The translations under genes were made by a program, and so were the position numbers. 64,000 nt of DNA from Pseudonocardia sp. (lineage in GTDB: Bacteria > Actinomycetota > Actinomycetes > Mycobacteriales > Pseudonocardiaceae), in assembly GCA_035540535.1 (NCBI GenBank), contig DATLGI010000138.1, forward strand, positions 6,924-70,923, in the 5' to 3' direction. The stretch's first letter is position 1; each line of letters opens with the position of its first letter. Positions 30,733 to 41,800 of the stretch are shown piece after piece. The notes under the pieces are model-generated. The model was not told the DNA's origin. It worked only from the letters and a program-made list of their open reading frames with translations, and made no database searches.

Positions 30733-31548
30733 GTGCCCCTGACGACCGTCCGCACCGGAGTCCGGCTGAACTACGAGATCAGCGGAGAGGGGGAGCCCCT
30801 GCTGCTCGTCATGGGCACCTCCGGCTCCATGCTTCTGTGGGCCGAGCTGTTGCCCCGCCTCGCCGAGCGCTACCGGGTCATCGCCTTCGACAACCGCGGC
30901 CTCGGGGGCAGCGAGCGCGGCGAGGGCCCGATCACCGTGGCGTCCATGGCCGAGGACGCCTCCGCGCTGCTCGAAGCCCTCGACGTGCCGACGGCCCACG
31001 CCATGGGCTGGTCCCTCGGGTCGGCCGTCGTGCAGGAACTCGCCCTGGCCCATCCGCAGCAGGTCGCCTCCGCCGTCCTCTACGCGACCTGGGGCCGCTG
31101 CGACGGCTTCCAGCGCTCGGTGCTGGCCGCGCTCCGGCTGCCCTACGTCGTCCGTGACATGGAGTCGGCGCTGGCTGTGTCGGGGCTGGCGTTCTCCCCG
31201 CAGCTGCTCGACCATCCCGACTTCGCGCAGATGCTCGAACCGATGCTGCCCGCCTTCCCGCAGAACGAGGAGCAGATGGCGGTCACCGTCGAGCAGTGGG
31301 ACGCCGACCTGGCGCACGACACGCTCGATCGGCTCGGTGGGATCCAGGCCCCCACCGTGGTGGTGGTCGGCGAGCAGGACCTGCTCACGCCGCCATGGCA
31401 GGCGAAGGCCGTCGCCGACGCCGTTCCCGGAGCTCGCTACGAGCTGCTGACCGGGCCCGGGTCGAGCCACGGTCTGCACATCGAACGCCCGGACGACCTG
31501 ATGAAGATCGTCACCGGCTTTATCGACGAGCATCGAATGCACGGGTGA
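30733..31548 (+). CDS. alpha/beta hydrolase
   Basis: ORF 30733..31548 has a GWSLGS nucleophile elbow and a typical fold pattern. Confidence 0.85.
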   Translation: MPLTTVRTGVRLNYEISGEGEPLLLVMGTSGSMLLWAELLPRLAERYRVIAFDNRGLGGSERGEGPITVASMAEDASALLEALDVPTAHAMGWSLGSAVVQELALAHPQQVASAVLYATWGRCDGFQRSVLAALRLPYVVRDMESALAVSGLAFSPQLLDHPDFAQMLEPMLPAFPQNEEQMAVTVEQWDADLAHDTLDRLGGIQAPTVVVVGEQDLLTPPWQAKAVADAVPGARYELLTGPGSSHGLHIERPDDLMKIVTGFIDEHRMHG

Positions 31549-31633
31549 GTCGCTCCTCGGATGACACGGGTGACAGCAGGCACTTCTGGCCGCAAGCCGC
31601 GGTGACTGCCGGCCGCGGTGGAGTCCCAAGGGA

Positions 31634-31881
31634 TGCTGCTACCGCACCGGGGACGCCGTCACCCTCGTCGACGCGGCGGACCCGAACCAGGGCCTGATGT
31701 TCGACGGGCGCATCGCCGAGGACTTCAAGCTGTTCACGGGAACCGGGGCGGCGTCGCCGGCGTCCGCACCGCTGCACCTCGCGGGCGGCTCGACGTTATC
31801 GTTGGTGCTCGTAGCCGATGCGCAGAGCAGACCCGGGATGCGGCGGCTCGTCCATCCACCCGCCGTCGAGGGGGCCTGATG
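31634..31881 (+). pseudogene. 3' remnant of an AMP-dependent synthetase (feruloyl-CoA synthase-like)
   Basis: An in-frame translation reads [36 protein letters not shown] with no upstream body. Downstream the similarity drifts into another frame. Confidence 0.6.
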
Positions 31882-32310
31882 CGCCTGCCCGCAGCAGAAG
31901 CCCGGGCCCGGTTCGGCGATGCGCGGGTCGCCCGGCTGGCCACCGTCTCGGCTGCCGGCGTGCCGCACCTGGTGCCGGTCACCTTCGCCGTCCTCGGCGA
32001 GCGGATCGTGTTCGTCGTCGACGACAAGCCGAAGAGCACGACGCGGCTGCGGCGGCTCGACAACATCGCGGCCCGGCCGTCCGTGTGCCTCCTGGTCGAC
32101 GTCTACGACGACGACTGGACCCGGCTGTGGTGGGCGCGCGCCGACGGCACCGCCACCGTGCTCGCCACCGATGCCGAGGCGATCGACGCGCTCGCGGTCC
32201 GCTACCCGGCCTATGTCGAGCGCCGCCCGAGCGGCCCGGTCGTCTCGATCGAGGTCACCGCCTGGACCGGCTGGGCCGCGACCGGAACGCCCGACACCGC
32301 GTCATCCTGA
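31879..32310 (+). CDS. PPOX-class F420-dependent oxidoreductase (TIGR03668-like)
   Basis: ATG at 31879 in the frame of ORF 31618..32310. It has the RVARLATV...PHLVPVTF and LLVDVYDDDW pattern. Confidence 0.75.
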   Translation: MRLPAAEARARFGDARVARLATVSAAGVPHLVPVTFAVLGERIVFVVDDKPKSTTRLRRLDNIAARPSVCLLVDVYDDDWTRLWWARADGTATVLATDAEAIDALAVRYPAYVERRPSGPVVSIEVTAWTGWAATGTPDTASS

Positions 32311-32432
32311 CGGCGGACGCCCCGGCGAGCCGGAACCGGCGGCCGACGGACATCTCCGCCACTTCCCGCCCGGCTCCACACGTCTGAGCCCACGCCGCGG
32401 GGCGTGGGCTCAGACGGTCGCCGGGCGGGCAC

Positions 32433-33422
32433 TCAGCTGGCGTTGACCTTGGGCATGATCTCCTCGGTCAGGCGCTTGAGGTCGTCGAGGGTCTTGGAGG
32501 TCGGCACGTCCCGGAACGGCGGCCACAGCAGCGGCATCGTCATGCCGGCCTCCTTGTAGCGCTTGAGCATGTCCTCGACCTGCTGGGCGGTGCCCGCCAG
32601 CAGGTTCGTGCCCTTGCCGGCCGGGGACTGGTCCATCGGCTCGTCGGTGATGACGAACCAGATCATGCTGCACATGTCGAAGCCCTCGGGGAAGGTCTTG
32701 CCGAGCTCGCCCAGCTCGCGCTCCATCTCGCCCTTCCAGAGCTTGATGTCGTCCGGGGAGTCCTGGATGCCGATCCAGCCCTGCAGGCCGTACTTCGCGA
32801 TGCGCTTGGCCGAACGCTTCGGGTCCTTCAGGCCGGAGAAGTAGATCGGCGGGCCGGGCTGCTGGACCGGCTTGTGGCCGAAGCCGGAGAGCGGGAAGTC
32901 GGCGAACTCGCCGTGGTACTCGAACAGCTCGTTGGACCAGATGCCCTGCATGATCTCGATCGTCTCGCGCACGTGGGCGTGCCGGCGCGGGAACAGGTGC
33001 GGGACGCTGGCGGCGGCGAACTCCTCGGGCATCCAGCCGGAGCCGATGCCGACGTTGAGCCGGCCGTTCGAGAGCTGGTCGACGGTGGCCAGCTCCGTGG
33101 CGAGGACACCGGGTCCGCGGAACGGGGTGTTGGTGATGCTCATGCCGATCCGGAGCTTGGTGGTCTTCGCGGCGAGCCACGGGATCAGCGGCCAGCCCTG
33201 GAACCACTTGCCCCGGGCGATCACGGGCAAGGCGTTGGGGAAGTCGGTCATCATCCCGAACGGGAACTGCAGCTCGACGCGGTCGGAGGCCTCCGGGACG
33301 ACGATCCGGTCGAGCGTCCAGACGGAGTCGAAGTCGAGGTCCTCGGCGAGGGCTGTCAGGTCCTCGAGCTCCTTGACTGTCACCTCGTCGCGGAAGTTCG
33401 GAAGGTAGAGAGCGAGCTTCAT
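32433..33422 (-). CDS. LLM class (luciferase-like) F420-dependent oxidoreductase
   Basis: ORF 32433..33422 shows the typical LLM TIM-barrel pattern. Confidence 0.8.
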   Translation of the reverse strand: MKLALYLPNFRDEVTVKELEDLTALAEDLDFDSVWTLDRIVVPEASDRVELQFPFGMMTDFPNALPVIARGKWFQGWPLIPWLAAKTTKLRIGMSITNTPFRGPGVLATELATVDQLSNGRLNVGIGSGWMPEEFAAASVPHLFPRRHAHVRETIEIMQGIWSNELFEYHGEFADFPLSGFGHKPVQQPGPPIYFSGLKDPKRSAKRIAKYGLQGWIGIQDSPDDIKLWKGEMERELGELGKTFPEGFDMCSMIWFVITDEPMDQSPAGKGTNLLAGTAQQVEDMLKRYKEAGMTMPLLWPPFRDVPTSKTLDDLKRLTEEIMPKVNAS

Positions 33423-33784
33423 GCGTTCGGCCTCCTCGGGGTCTCATCGTCGAGCGGTCCCGGCTCCGGGTAGTGCCGGTCTGGCTGGGTTGTTCAGGTC
33501 GTGCGGCCCTGGTCGGAGTTCCGGTGCGTTCCACCAGGGTGCGTGAGCGTGCGGACGACGCTGCGGCGGATTCTGGCACGAAGTGTGCTTCGGCCATATC
33601 AATTCGATCTCACGTGGATCTCAACGCCCGATCAACACGCAGGCCACCGGCGGCGAGCGGCGCAGGACGGGCCGCACCGCCGCCGTCGACATGGTGGTCG
33701 CCACCGCCGGCCGCCCCTATGTTCCACACATGGACCCCGTCCGACGACCTCTGTCGCCGACGCCTGCACGGTGAGGCGGTGCCG

Positions 33785-35743
33785 ATGACCGACACGCTCT
33801 GGAGCCCGACGGCGGCCCGCATCGAGGGCTCCGCGCTGCGCGAGTACCTGAACTGGCTGGAGAAGCGCGAGAGGCGGCCGTTTCCCGACCACGACGCCTT
33901 CTGGGCCTGGTCGGTCGAGGACCTGGACCGGTTCTGGATCTCCCTGGTCGACTACTACGAGGTCGACTTCTCCACGCCGTGGACGCAGGTGCGCACCGCC
34001 GACCCGATGCCGCGCACCCGGTGGTTCACCGGGGCGCGGCTGAACTGGGCGCAGCACCTGCTGCGCAGCGGGGCCGACGACGCCGTCGCGCTGCTGTGTG
34101 TCCAGGAGGGTGGGCGGCCCGCGCGCGAGATCACCTTCGGCGCCCTCCGTCGATCGGTGGCGGCGGCGGCGGGCTGGCTGCGTCGGGCGGGCGTGCGTCC
34201 CGGCGACCGGGTCTGCGCCTACCTGCCGAACACCGAGCACGCGGTGATCGCCTCCCTCGCCGCCGCCGCGGTCGGCGCGGTGTGGGCGTGCTGCTCCCCG
34301 GACTTCGGTGCCGATGGCACCATCGGTCGTCTCGCGCAGCTCGAGCCCAGCGTGCTGATCGCGACGGACGGCTACCACTGGAACGGCAAGGTGGTCGACC
34401 GCAGCGACGTCGTCGCGCAGCTGCGCGCGAAGCTCCCGACGCTGCGTCATGTCGTCGCAGTCCCGTACGTGTTCGACCGGCCGCACCCGGACGGCTCGAC
34501 CCCGTGGGACGAGCTGATGGCCGTCGACGAGCCGCTCGCCTTCGAGCAGGTCGAGTTCTCGCACCCGCTGTGGGTGCTGTTCACCTCCGGCACCACCGGG
34601 CTGCCCAAGGGCCTGGTGCACGGGCACGGCGGCATCACGTGCGAGGGCCTGAAGTGGGCCGGCCTCTACGCCGGGATGCGGAGGGGCGAGCGGATGTTCG
34701 CGGTCACCTCCACGGGTTGGGCGCTGTGGAACATGCAGATCAACGTGCTGATGCACGGCGCGGGCATCGTGCTGTACGAGGGCAGCCCCGGCTTCCCGGC
34801 GGGCGCGGTGTGGGAGGTCGCGGCCCGCACCGGCGCGCAGGTCACGCTCATCGGCGCTGCGGTGATCATGGCGACGGCCGGCACCGCGGTCTGCCCGAAG
34901 CAGGACCACGACCTGAGCCGGTTGCGGCACGTGATGGTCAGCGGCTCGGCCCTGCCCTCGGCCGGCTACCACTGGGTCATGGAGAATGTCAGCCCGGACC
35001 TGAGGATCGACTCGACCAGCGGCGGCACCGACATCTCCGGGGCGTTCGTCGGGGCGAACGAGTACAGCCCGGTCCAGGTGGGTCGGATCGGCGGCAAGCT
35101 CGCGGGCGTCGACTGCGCGGCCTGGGACGAGGACGGCGAGCCGGTCGTCGACTCGGTGGGCGACCTCGTCGTCACCCAGGCGATGCCGTCGATGCCGGTG
35201 TACCTCTGGAACGACCCCGACGCGGTGCGTTACACCGAGTCCTACTTCGACACCTGGCCCGGTGTGTGGCGGCACGGCGACTGGGTGACGATGCACTCCG
35301 ACGGCTCGATCTCCATCCACGGTCGGTCCGACTCGACGCTCAACCGGCAGGGCGTGCGGCTGGGCAGCAGTGACTTCTACGACGTGCTGGAGACCATGCC
35401 GGAGATCACCGAGACCCTGGTGGTCGGGGTCGACCTGCCCGACGACGGGTACTGGCTGGGGCTGTTCGTGGTCCCTGCGCCCGGGCACGCGCTGGACGAC
35501 GACCTGAAGCGGAAGATCGTCACCACGTTGCGCACGCGACTGACGCCCCGTCACGTTCCCGACGAGATCCTCGCCGCACCCGCCGTGCCGCACACGCTGA
35601 GCGGCAAGAAGCTCGAGGTCCCGATCAAGAAGCTGCTGACCGGAAGACCCCTGGACAAGGCCGCGAACACCGCCTCCGTCGACGACCCCGACGCGCTGCG
35701 CTGGTACGCGCGGTTCGCGGCGGACCGGCTGGACTCGCGGTAG
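33785..35743 (+). CDS. acetoacetate-CoA ligase (acetoacetyl-CoA synthetase)
   Basis: ATG at 33785 in the frame of ORF 33473..35743. It has FTSGTTGLPKG and WRHGDW motifs, and the N-terminal pattern typical of AACS. Confidence 0.85.
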   Translation: MTDTLWSPTAARIEGSALREYLNWLEKRERRPFPDHDAFWAWSVEDLDRFWISLVDYYEVDFSTPWTQVRTADPMPRTRWFTGARLNWAQHLLRSGADDAVALLCVQEGGRPAREITFGALRRSVAAAAGWLRRAGVRPGDRVCAYLPNTEHAVIASLAAAAVGAVWACCSPDFGADGTIGRLAQLEPSVLIATDGYHWNGKVVDRSDVVAQLRAKLPTLRHVVAVPYVFDRPHPDGSTPWDELMAVDEPLAFEQVEFSHPLWVLFTSGTTGLPKGLVHGHGGITCEGLKWAGLYAGMRRGERMFAVTSTGWALWNMQINVLMHGAGIVLYEGSPGFPAGAVWEVAARTGAQVTLIGAAVIMATAGTAVCPKQDHDLSRLRHVMVSGSALPSAGYHWVMENVSPDLRIDSTSGGTDISGAFVGANEYSPVQVGRIGGKLAGVDCAAWDEDGEPVVDSVGDLVVTQAMPSMPVYLWNDPDAVRYTESYFDTWPGVWRHGDWVTMHSDGSISIHGRSDSTLNRQGVRLGSSDFYDVLETMPEITETLVVGVDLPDDGYWLGLFVVPAPGHALDDDLKRKIVTTLRTRLTPRHVPDEILAAPAVPHTLSGKKLEVPIKKLLTGRPLDKAANTASVDDPDALRWYARFAADRLDSR

Positions 35744-35754
35744 GGCGGGCACGC

Positions 35755-36501
35755 GTGCGGTTGGGTGCCTCCCTCGCCCACCTGTCCCCCGCCCCGCCCT
35801 ACCCGGTGGCCGAGTGGGCGCGCCGCCTGGCGGGGGCGGGTTTCGAGAGCCTGTGGGTACCCCAGATCATCGGCCGCGGCTTCCTGGTCCCGGACGTGTT
35901 CGTGACGCTGGCGGCGGCGGCCACGGCCACCGAGGGCGTGGAGGTGGGGACGGCCACCGTGCAGGTCCCGATGCACCATCCCGCCGACCTCGCCCACCGG
36001 GTCCTGTCGCTCATGTCGGTGTGCGGGGACCGCCTGACCCTCGGCGTCAGCCCCGGGTCGACCGAAGCCGACTTCGCCACCCTCGACCGCGACCACGCCG
36101 CGCGCTTCCGGACCTTCAAGGAGAACCTGCCGCGGCTGCGGGGCCTGCTCGCCCACGGGCGCGACGACCGCGCCGATCTCGCCCCCGCCCCGGTGGCCAC
36201 GCCGCCGCTCCTGCTCGGCTCGTGGGGCGCCAACGTCGAGAAGGCCGCCCGCGAGTTCGACGGCTGGCTGGCCTCCGCCTACCGGCGCACCCCGGACCAG
36301 ATTCTCGCCGCCCACGAGCGGTACCGGGCCGCCGGCGGCCGACGGGCGATCGCGTGCTACATCCAGCTGTCCGGGAGCGACGACCTCGGACCCACCGGCG
36401 AGCTGCTCCAGCGGTATGCGGCGGCCGGCTTCGACGACGCCGTCGTGCTGATCGAACCAGGAGGGCCGGATCCCGAACAGGTCAGAGCCCTCCTCCCATG
36501 A
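35755..36501 (+). CDS. LLM class flavin/F420-dependent oxidoreductase (short form)
   Basis: ORF 35755..36501 shows a luciferase-like pattern (ESLWVPQ, GVSPGS). Confidence 0.7.
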   Translation: MRLGASLAHLSPAPPYPVAEWARRLAGAGFESLWVPQIIGRGFLVPDVFVTLAAAATATEGVEVGTATVQVPMHHPADLAHRVLSLMSVCGDRLTLGVSPGSTEADFATLDRDHAARFRTFKENLPRLRGLLAHGRDDRADLAPAPVATPPLLLGSWGANVEKAAREFDGWLASAYRRTPDQILAAHERYRAAGGRRAIACYIQLSGSDDLGPTGELLQRYAAAGFDDAVVLIEPGGPDPEQVRALLP

Positions 36502-36789
36502 GCGACGGGCGGATCCTGCTGACGGTGATCTCGCCGAGGCGCAGCTCGCCGAGTCACGGTGGTCGGTTGACTGCTCCGGTGCTGGTCAGAGCCGCTCGAG
36601 GTCGCGCCGTGGAACGGTGAGCCGCAGCATGCCGGCAACCCGGACGGGCCGGTCAGCCGCTTGGCACTTCGGGCGCGAAGGTGCCGGGCAGCCTGCGCCG
36701 GGGCTCGGCCAGCGTGAACCGTACGGGAACTGTCGGTGCTCGTCCCTACGCTGTGCTGGCGAGCCCGACCTGGCGCTGAAGGGTTGCTG

Positions 36790-38217
36790 GTGGACTTCGA
36801 GGCGATCGAGACACTGCGGGAGAGGCATCCCGCGTGGCGGCTCCTGCGCGCACAGAACGCCTCGCTGACCCTCTCGTTCCTGGGCAGCCACTTCGTGGAG
36901 GCCAACCACGGAGCGACGGAGGCGGCGAGCCTGGTCGAGGCGCTCGATGAGCACCTCTACGTGCTCAACGCGAATGCTGACGAGCCCCGGTATCCGCGCC
37001 CACCACAGGAGTACCTCGACGCCTGGTCGGCCCCCGAGTCCGGCTGGCTGCGCCGCTTCTATCCCGCGAGCGGCGACGAGATCCACTACGACGCGACGCC
37101 GGCGTTCGAGAAGGCTTACGCGTGGGTCTCCGGGCTGCGCAGCCGCTCGTTCGTCGGCACGGAGTCCCGGCTGCACACGGTGGTCGATCTCCTCCGGCAG
37201 ATCGTGCACGGCACCGAGAGTGATCCAGAGTCGCGCCTGGAGCTGCTCCGCAGGCAGCGGGCCGAGCTCGACAGGCAGATCGAGGACGCCGAACGGGGCG
37301 AGGTCGCCGTGCTGAGTGACACCGCGGTACGCGACCGCTACCAGCAGTTCGCCGCAACGGCGCGCGAGCTGCTGTCGGACTTCCGCGAGGTGGAGGAGAA
37401 TTTCCGGGGGCTCGATCGAGCGGCGCGCGAGCGGATCGCCGCGTGGGACGGCGCCAAGGGCGAACTACTGACCGCGCTGGTGTCGAGTCGCGCCGACATC
37501 AACAGCTCCGACCAGGGCAGTAGCTTCCAGGCGTTCTACGACTTCCTGCTCTCCGAGAGCCGGCAGGACGAGCTCGCACTGCTCCTCGCCAGGGTGCAGG
37601 AGCTGGCGCCGATCGATGCGGACCAGCGGCTGCGCACCATCCACCACGACTGGTCCGATGCCGCCGAGCGCACCCAGCGGACGGTTCGTCAGATCTCGGA
37701 GCAGCTGCGCCGGTTTCTCGACGACCAGGTCTGGCTGGAGAACCGGCGGGTGCTGGAGCTGGTCCGCTCGATCGAATCCACCGCGCTCGAGTGCCGGGAG
37801 AATCCGCCCGATCTCGGACTCGCGGTCGAGGTTCCCGGCGTCCAGATCGCACTGCCCTTCGAGCGACCGCTCTACGATGCCCGTCCGGCAGCGCGTGTCG
37901 AGAGCATGCTCGATCCCGTCGACGAGGAGGAGATCGATGTCTCGGCGCTGTTCAGCCAGACGTTCGTCGACCAGGGCCGACTGGCGGAGAACGTACGGTC
38001 GCTGCTGCCCAGACGCAGCAGCGCGCTGCTGGACGACATCATCGCCCTGTACCCGGTCGAGCGCGGTGTGGCGGAGATCATCGGCTACCTGTCCCTGACC
38101 GAGGAGGACCTCACCGTCACTCTCGACGAGACCGAGGAGACGGTTCTCGACTACCTCGACGTCGAGGGCCGACCCCGCCGGGCGAGAATGCCGAAGGTGA
38201 CGGTGAGCCGCCGATGA
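36790..38217 (+). CDS. jetA: Wadjet JetA (DUF3375, MksF/EptA kleisin-like subunit)
   Basis: Lies in the frame of ORF 36736..38217. The likely start is GTG 36790. It has an N-terminal ETLRERHPAWRLLRAQNASLTLSFL motif, is about 475 aa, and is first in the four-gene coupled operon. Confidence 0.75.
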   Translation: MDFEAIETLRERHPAWRLLRAQNASLTLSFLGSHFVEANHGATEAASLVEALDEHLYVLNANADEPRYPRPPQEYLDAWSAPESGWLRRFYPASGDEIHYDATPAFEKAYAWVSGLRSRSFVGTESRLHTVVDLLRQIVHGTESDPESRLELLRRQRAELDRQIEDAERGEVAVLSDTAVRDRYQQFAATARELLSDFREVEENFRGLDRAARERIAAWDGAKGELLTALVSSRADINSSDQGSSFQAFYDFLLSESRQDELALLLARVQELAPIDADQRLRTIHHDWSDAAERTQRTVRQISEQLRRFLDDQVWLENRRVLELVRSIESTALECRENPPDLGLAVEVPGVQIALPFERPLYDARPAARVESMLDPVDEEEIDVSALFSQTFVDQGRLAENVRSLLPRRSSALLDDIIALYPVERGVAEIIGYLSLTEEDLTVTLDETEETVLDYLDVEGRPRRARMPKVTVSRR

Positions 38218-38807
38218 GGACCCCGGAGGAGCACGCCGTCGCGAGCGCGATCATCGACCTGATGCGCGGCGTCGTCTACCGCGAGTCGCGGGAGGACGCC
38301 TGGAACACCGTGAACCGCCACGGCGCCGCTGTTCGGGATCACTTCGGCACCATCGGCGTCGATGTCGTCATCGACGACGCGGAGGGATACGCCTACCTGC
38401 GCAGCCAGGAGGAGAGCGAAGCTGCCGAGCCCCTGCCGCGGCTGGTCAGGCGGCGCAGCCTCACCTACCACGTCAGCCTCCTGCTCGTGCTGTTGCGCAA
38501 GCGACTCGTGGAGTTCGAGACCACCGGCAGCGAGGGCAAGCTCGTGCTGAGCCGGGACCAGATCGTCGAGATGCTGCGCGTGTTCCTGGCCGACTCCACG
38601 AACGAGGCCCGGGTGATCGATCGGGTCGACACCACTCTCAAGCAGGTGGCCGAGCTCGGCTTCCTCCGGCAGCTGCGTCGACAGCAGGATCAGTGGGAGG
38701 TACGGCGAATCCTGAAGGCGTACGTCGACGCGCAGCTGCTCGCGGACTACGCCGGCAAGCTCCGGGAGTACGCCGACGCCGTCCGCGGGGGGACGACCGA
38801 TGGGTGA
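38214..38807 (+). CDS. jetB: Wadjet JetB (DUF4194, MksE/EptB-like subunit)
   Basis: ATG at 38214 overlaps the jetA stop (ATGA). It is 197 aa and acidic. Position and size match JetB. Confidence 0.7.
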   Translation: MRTPEEHAVASAIIDLMRGVVYRESREDAWNTVNRHGAAVRDHFGTIGVDVVIDDAEGYAYLRSQEESEAAEPLPRLVRRRSLTYHVSLLLVLLRKRLVEFETTGSEGKLVLSRDQIVEMLRVFLADSTNEARVIDRVDTTLKQVAELGFLRQLRRQQDQWEVRRILKAYVDAQLLADYAGKLREYADAVRGGTTDG

Positions 38808-41800
38808 GGCACTCTTCTCCGCCGCCGAGCCGGCTGCAGCGGGCCGGGCGGGATTTCGGCTGCGGCATCTCGAGGTGTTCAACTGGGGCACCTTCGACAA
38901 GCGGGTTTGGCGGCTGACACCCGGCGGCGACACCTCGCTGCTCACCGGCGACATAGGCAGCGGCAAGTCCACCCTGGTCGACGCCGTCACCACGCTGCTC
39001 CTGCCCGCGCACAAGATCGCGTACAACAAGGCCGCCGGAGCGGAGTCCAAGGAACGCACGCTTCGCAGCTACGTCGAAGGGCACTACAAGGCGGAGCGGA
39101 TCGAGAGCACCGGCGCCTCCAAGGCCATCGGCCTGCGCGACCACCGGTCGTACTCGGTCGTCCTCGGGGTGTTCGTCAACGACGGGTACGACGAGACCGT
39201 CAGCCTCGTGCAGGTCTTCCACCAGAAGGACCGCGCCGGCCAGCCCGACCGCTTCTTCGTGATCTCCACCAAGCAGCTGAGCATCGAGGCCGACTTCACC
39301 GACTTCGGGTCCGACCTCAACGAGCTGCGCCGGCGGCTGCGGTCGGCGGGCGCGACCATCAGCCCGGGGTTCCCGGAGTACTCCCGCCAGCTGCGTCGGC
39401 TGCTGGGGATCCGCTCGGAGCAGGCGCTGGACCTGTTCCACCAGACCGTGTCGATGAAGTCGGTCGGCAACCTCAACGAGTTCGTCCGCAGCCACATGCT
39501 GGAACCGGTGGACGCCACGGAACGGGTCGGCGCGATCGTCGGGCACTTCGAGGACCTCACCAAGGCGCACGAGGCGGTTCGCCGTGCCCGCGAGCAGCTC
39601 GCGGCGCTCGAGCCGCTGGTCGCCACCGCGCAGCGGTACGACGAGGCACGCACCCGCCGCTCGGCTGCGGAGCGCCAGCGCGACGCCGTTCGCCTCTATT
39701 TCGGCGAGCTGCGGATCCGGCTCCTCGCCGCCGAGGTCTCCACCAACCAGGCCGCCCGCACTGTGCACGAGCGCGAGGAGACCGACGCCGACGCGGCCCT
39801 CGTGCGGCTCACCGCCGAGCGGGACGGCCTCATCGCCGAGCGAGCGGCGGCGGGTGGCGACCGTCTCGGCGAGCTCGAACGCGTGGAGGCCGAGGCCGCG
39901 CGGGACGCGAACACCCGGCGGGAGCGTCGCGGGCGATTCGCCGCCGCGGTCACCGCAGCCGGGCTCGACCCGGTCGCGGACGCGGCGGGATTCACGAGCC
40001 TCGCCCGACGGATCGCCGGGATGCGCGAGTCATCGCAGGCCGAGCGCGCGGTGGTCGACTTACGGTCGACCGGGATCGCGACCCGGCGCAACGAGGTGGA
40101 CCGCCAGGGCGCCGAGCTCCGTGCCGAGCTGGAGAGCCTGGCGGGGCGGCGCAACAACCTTCCCCGCAGCCACCTCGACGTCCGCGCCCAGCTCTGCGCC
40201 GACCTCGGTCTCGACCCCGACGTGCTGCCGTACGCCGGCGAGCTCATCGACGTCGCCGAGGAGCACGCGCAGTGGCGGGGCGCGGCCGAGCGCGTCCTGC
40301 GGGGGTTCGCCCTGTCCCTGCTGGTCCCGCAGGAGCACTACCCCGCGGTATCCCGCTGGGTCAACGAGCACCGCCTCACCTACCGGAGGGACGGCGGGGA
40401 CCGGCGCGGGATGCGCCTGGTCTACGAGCGGGTGCCGCGCCGGCAGGTCAGGCTGCAGCCGCCGGTCGGACCCGGTGGGCTGGTGCTGGCCGAGACACTG
40501 GAGATCGTAGAGGGCCCGTTCGCCGGGTACCTGCGCGACCAGCTCGCCCGCCGGGCCGACCACGCCTGCACGGAGACGCTCGCCGCCTTCCAGATGGCGG
40601 CCCGGGCGGTCACCCGCGAGGGTCAGGTCCGGGCCGGCGACCGGCACGAGAAGGACGACCGCAGCCGGATCGACGACCCGCGGACCTGGGTCCTCGGCTG
40701 GGCCAACGAGCAGAAGATCGCAGCGCTGACCGGGCAGCTCACGGACCTCCAGGCCGAGGTCCTGACGCTCCAGCAGGAGGCGGACTCCGCGGCGGCCGCG
40801 CGCAGCCGCCTGCAGGACCGCCTGGACGCGCTGGCCACGCTGGAGGCCTACCCCGATTGGTTCGACCTCGACTGGGAGCAGGCGCGAGCGCGGGCGCAGG
40901 AGGCGCGCGAGGAGCGGGAGCGGCTGCTTGCCGGGTCCTCGCGGCTGGCCGAGATCGGCCGGCGGCTCGCGGCGAACGAGGCGCATGCCAAGGCGCAGCG
41001 CGTGCGTTTGCGAGAGCTACGGTCGCTGATCTCGGTGCTCGACGACCGGGTCGCGCGGTCCACGCGGTCACGAGACGAGGAGGCAGCGCACCGCGACGCC
41101 CATCCCCCGGAGGTGCTGGCGGCCGCCCGGGAGGCATACGACGAGCTCACCGCTCGCCTCGGCCCGCGGGTGCCGAACGAACCTGACGCCTGCCTGCCCG
41201 CCGCGGCCGCGCTGACCGCCGACATCCAGCGTGGGATCGAGCGGAACGACAAGGAGATCGGCGGCTACGTGCAGAGCTTGCTGGGCTACATGAACGAGGT
41301 ACGCCGCCGCTGGCCGGAGGCGACCACCGAGATGGACGCCCACCTCGACTCGCTGCCGGAGTTCCGCTCGTTCCGGGACCGGGTCGCCAACGACGACCTG
41401 CCGGCGTTCGAGGAGGAGTTCAAGCGTCAGCTCAACACCAACACCATCCGGGAGCTGGCCGGCTTCGCCAGCTGGCTGCGCCGCGAGGCCGAGGACATCC
41501 AGCTGCGGGTGGACCGGATCAACGAGGCGCTCGGAGCCATCGACTACAGCGCCGGCCGCTACATCACGCTGGTCGCCGAGCGCACCGTCAACCAGGAGGT
41601 CCAGGCCTTCCGCGCTGACCTGCGGGCAGCCACCGACGACACGCTCGGCCCGGACGACGACCGCTACTCCGAGCAGAGGTTCCTCGACGTCGCCCGGATC
41701 ATCGAGCGGTTCCGCGGCCGGCCGGGCCACGCGGACGCGGACAAGGCGTGGACCCGGCGGGTGACCGACGTGCGGAACTGGTTCACCTTCTCCGCCTCCG

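Noticed and set aside
31618-31878. An N-terminal extension of the PPOX gene (ORF 31618..32310 as a 230-aa protein).
   Set aside because: The extension is Arg/Gly-rich and overlaps the AMP-ligase remnant. The family-typical N-terminus (MRLPAAEARARFGDARVARLATV) starts at 31879.
36586-37209. Minus-strand 207-aa ORF across the jetA 5' region, and the ATG at 36736 as the jetA start.
   Set aside because: The minus-strand ORF is antisense to a well-supported gene and has shadow-like composition. The first 18 codons from 36736 (MLVPTLCWRARPGAEGLL) look non-native, so I prefer GTG 36790 (or TTG 36784).
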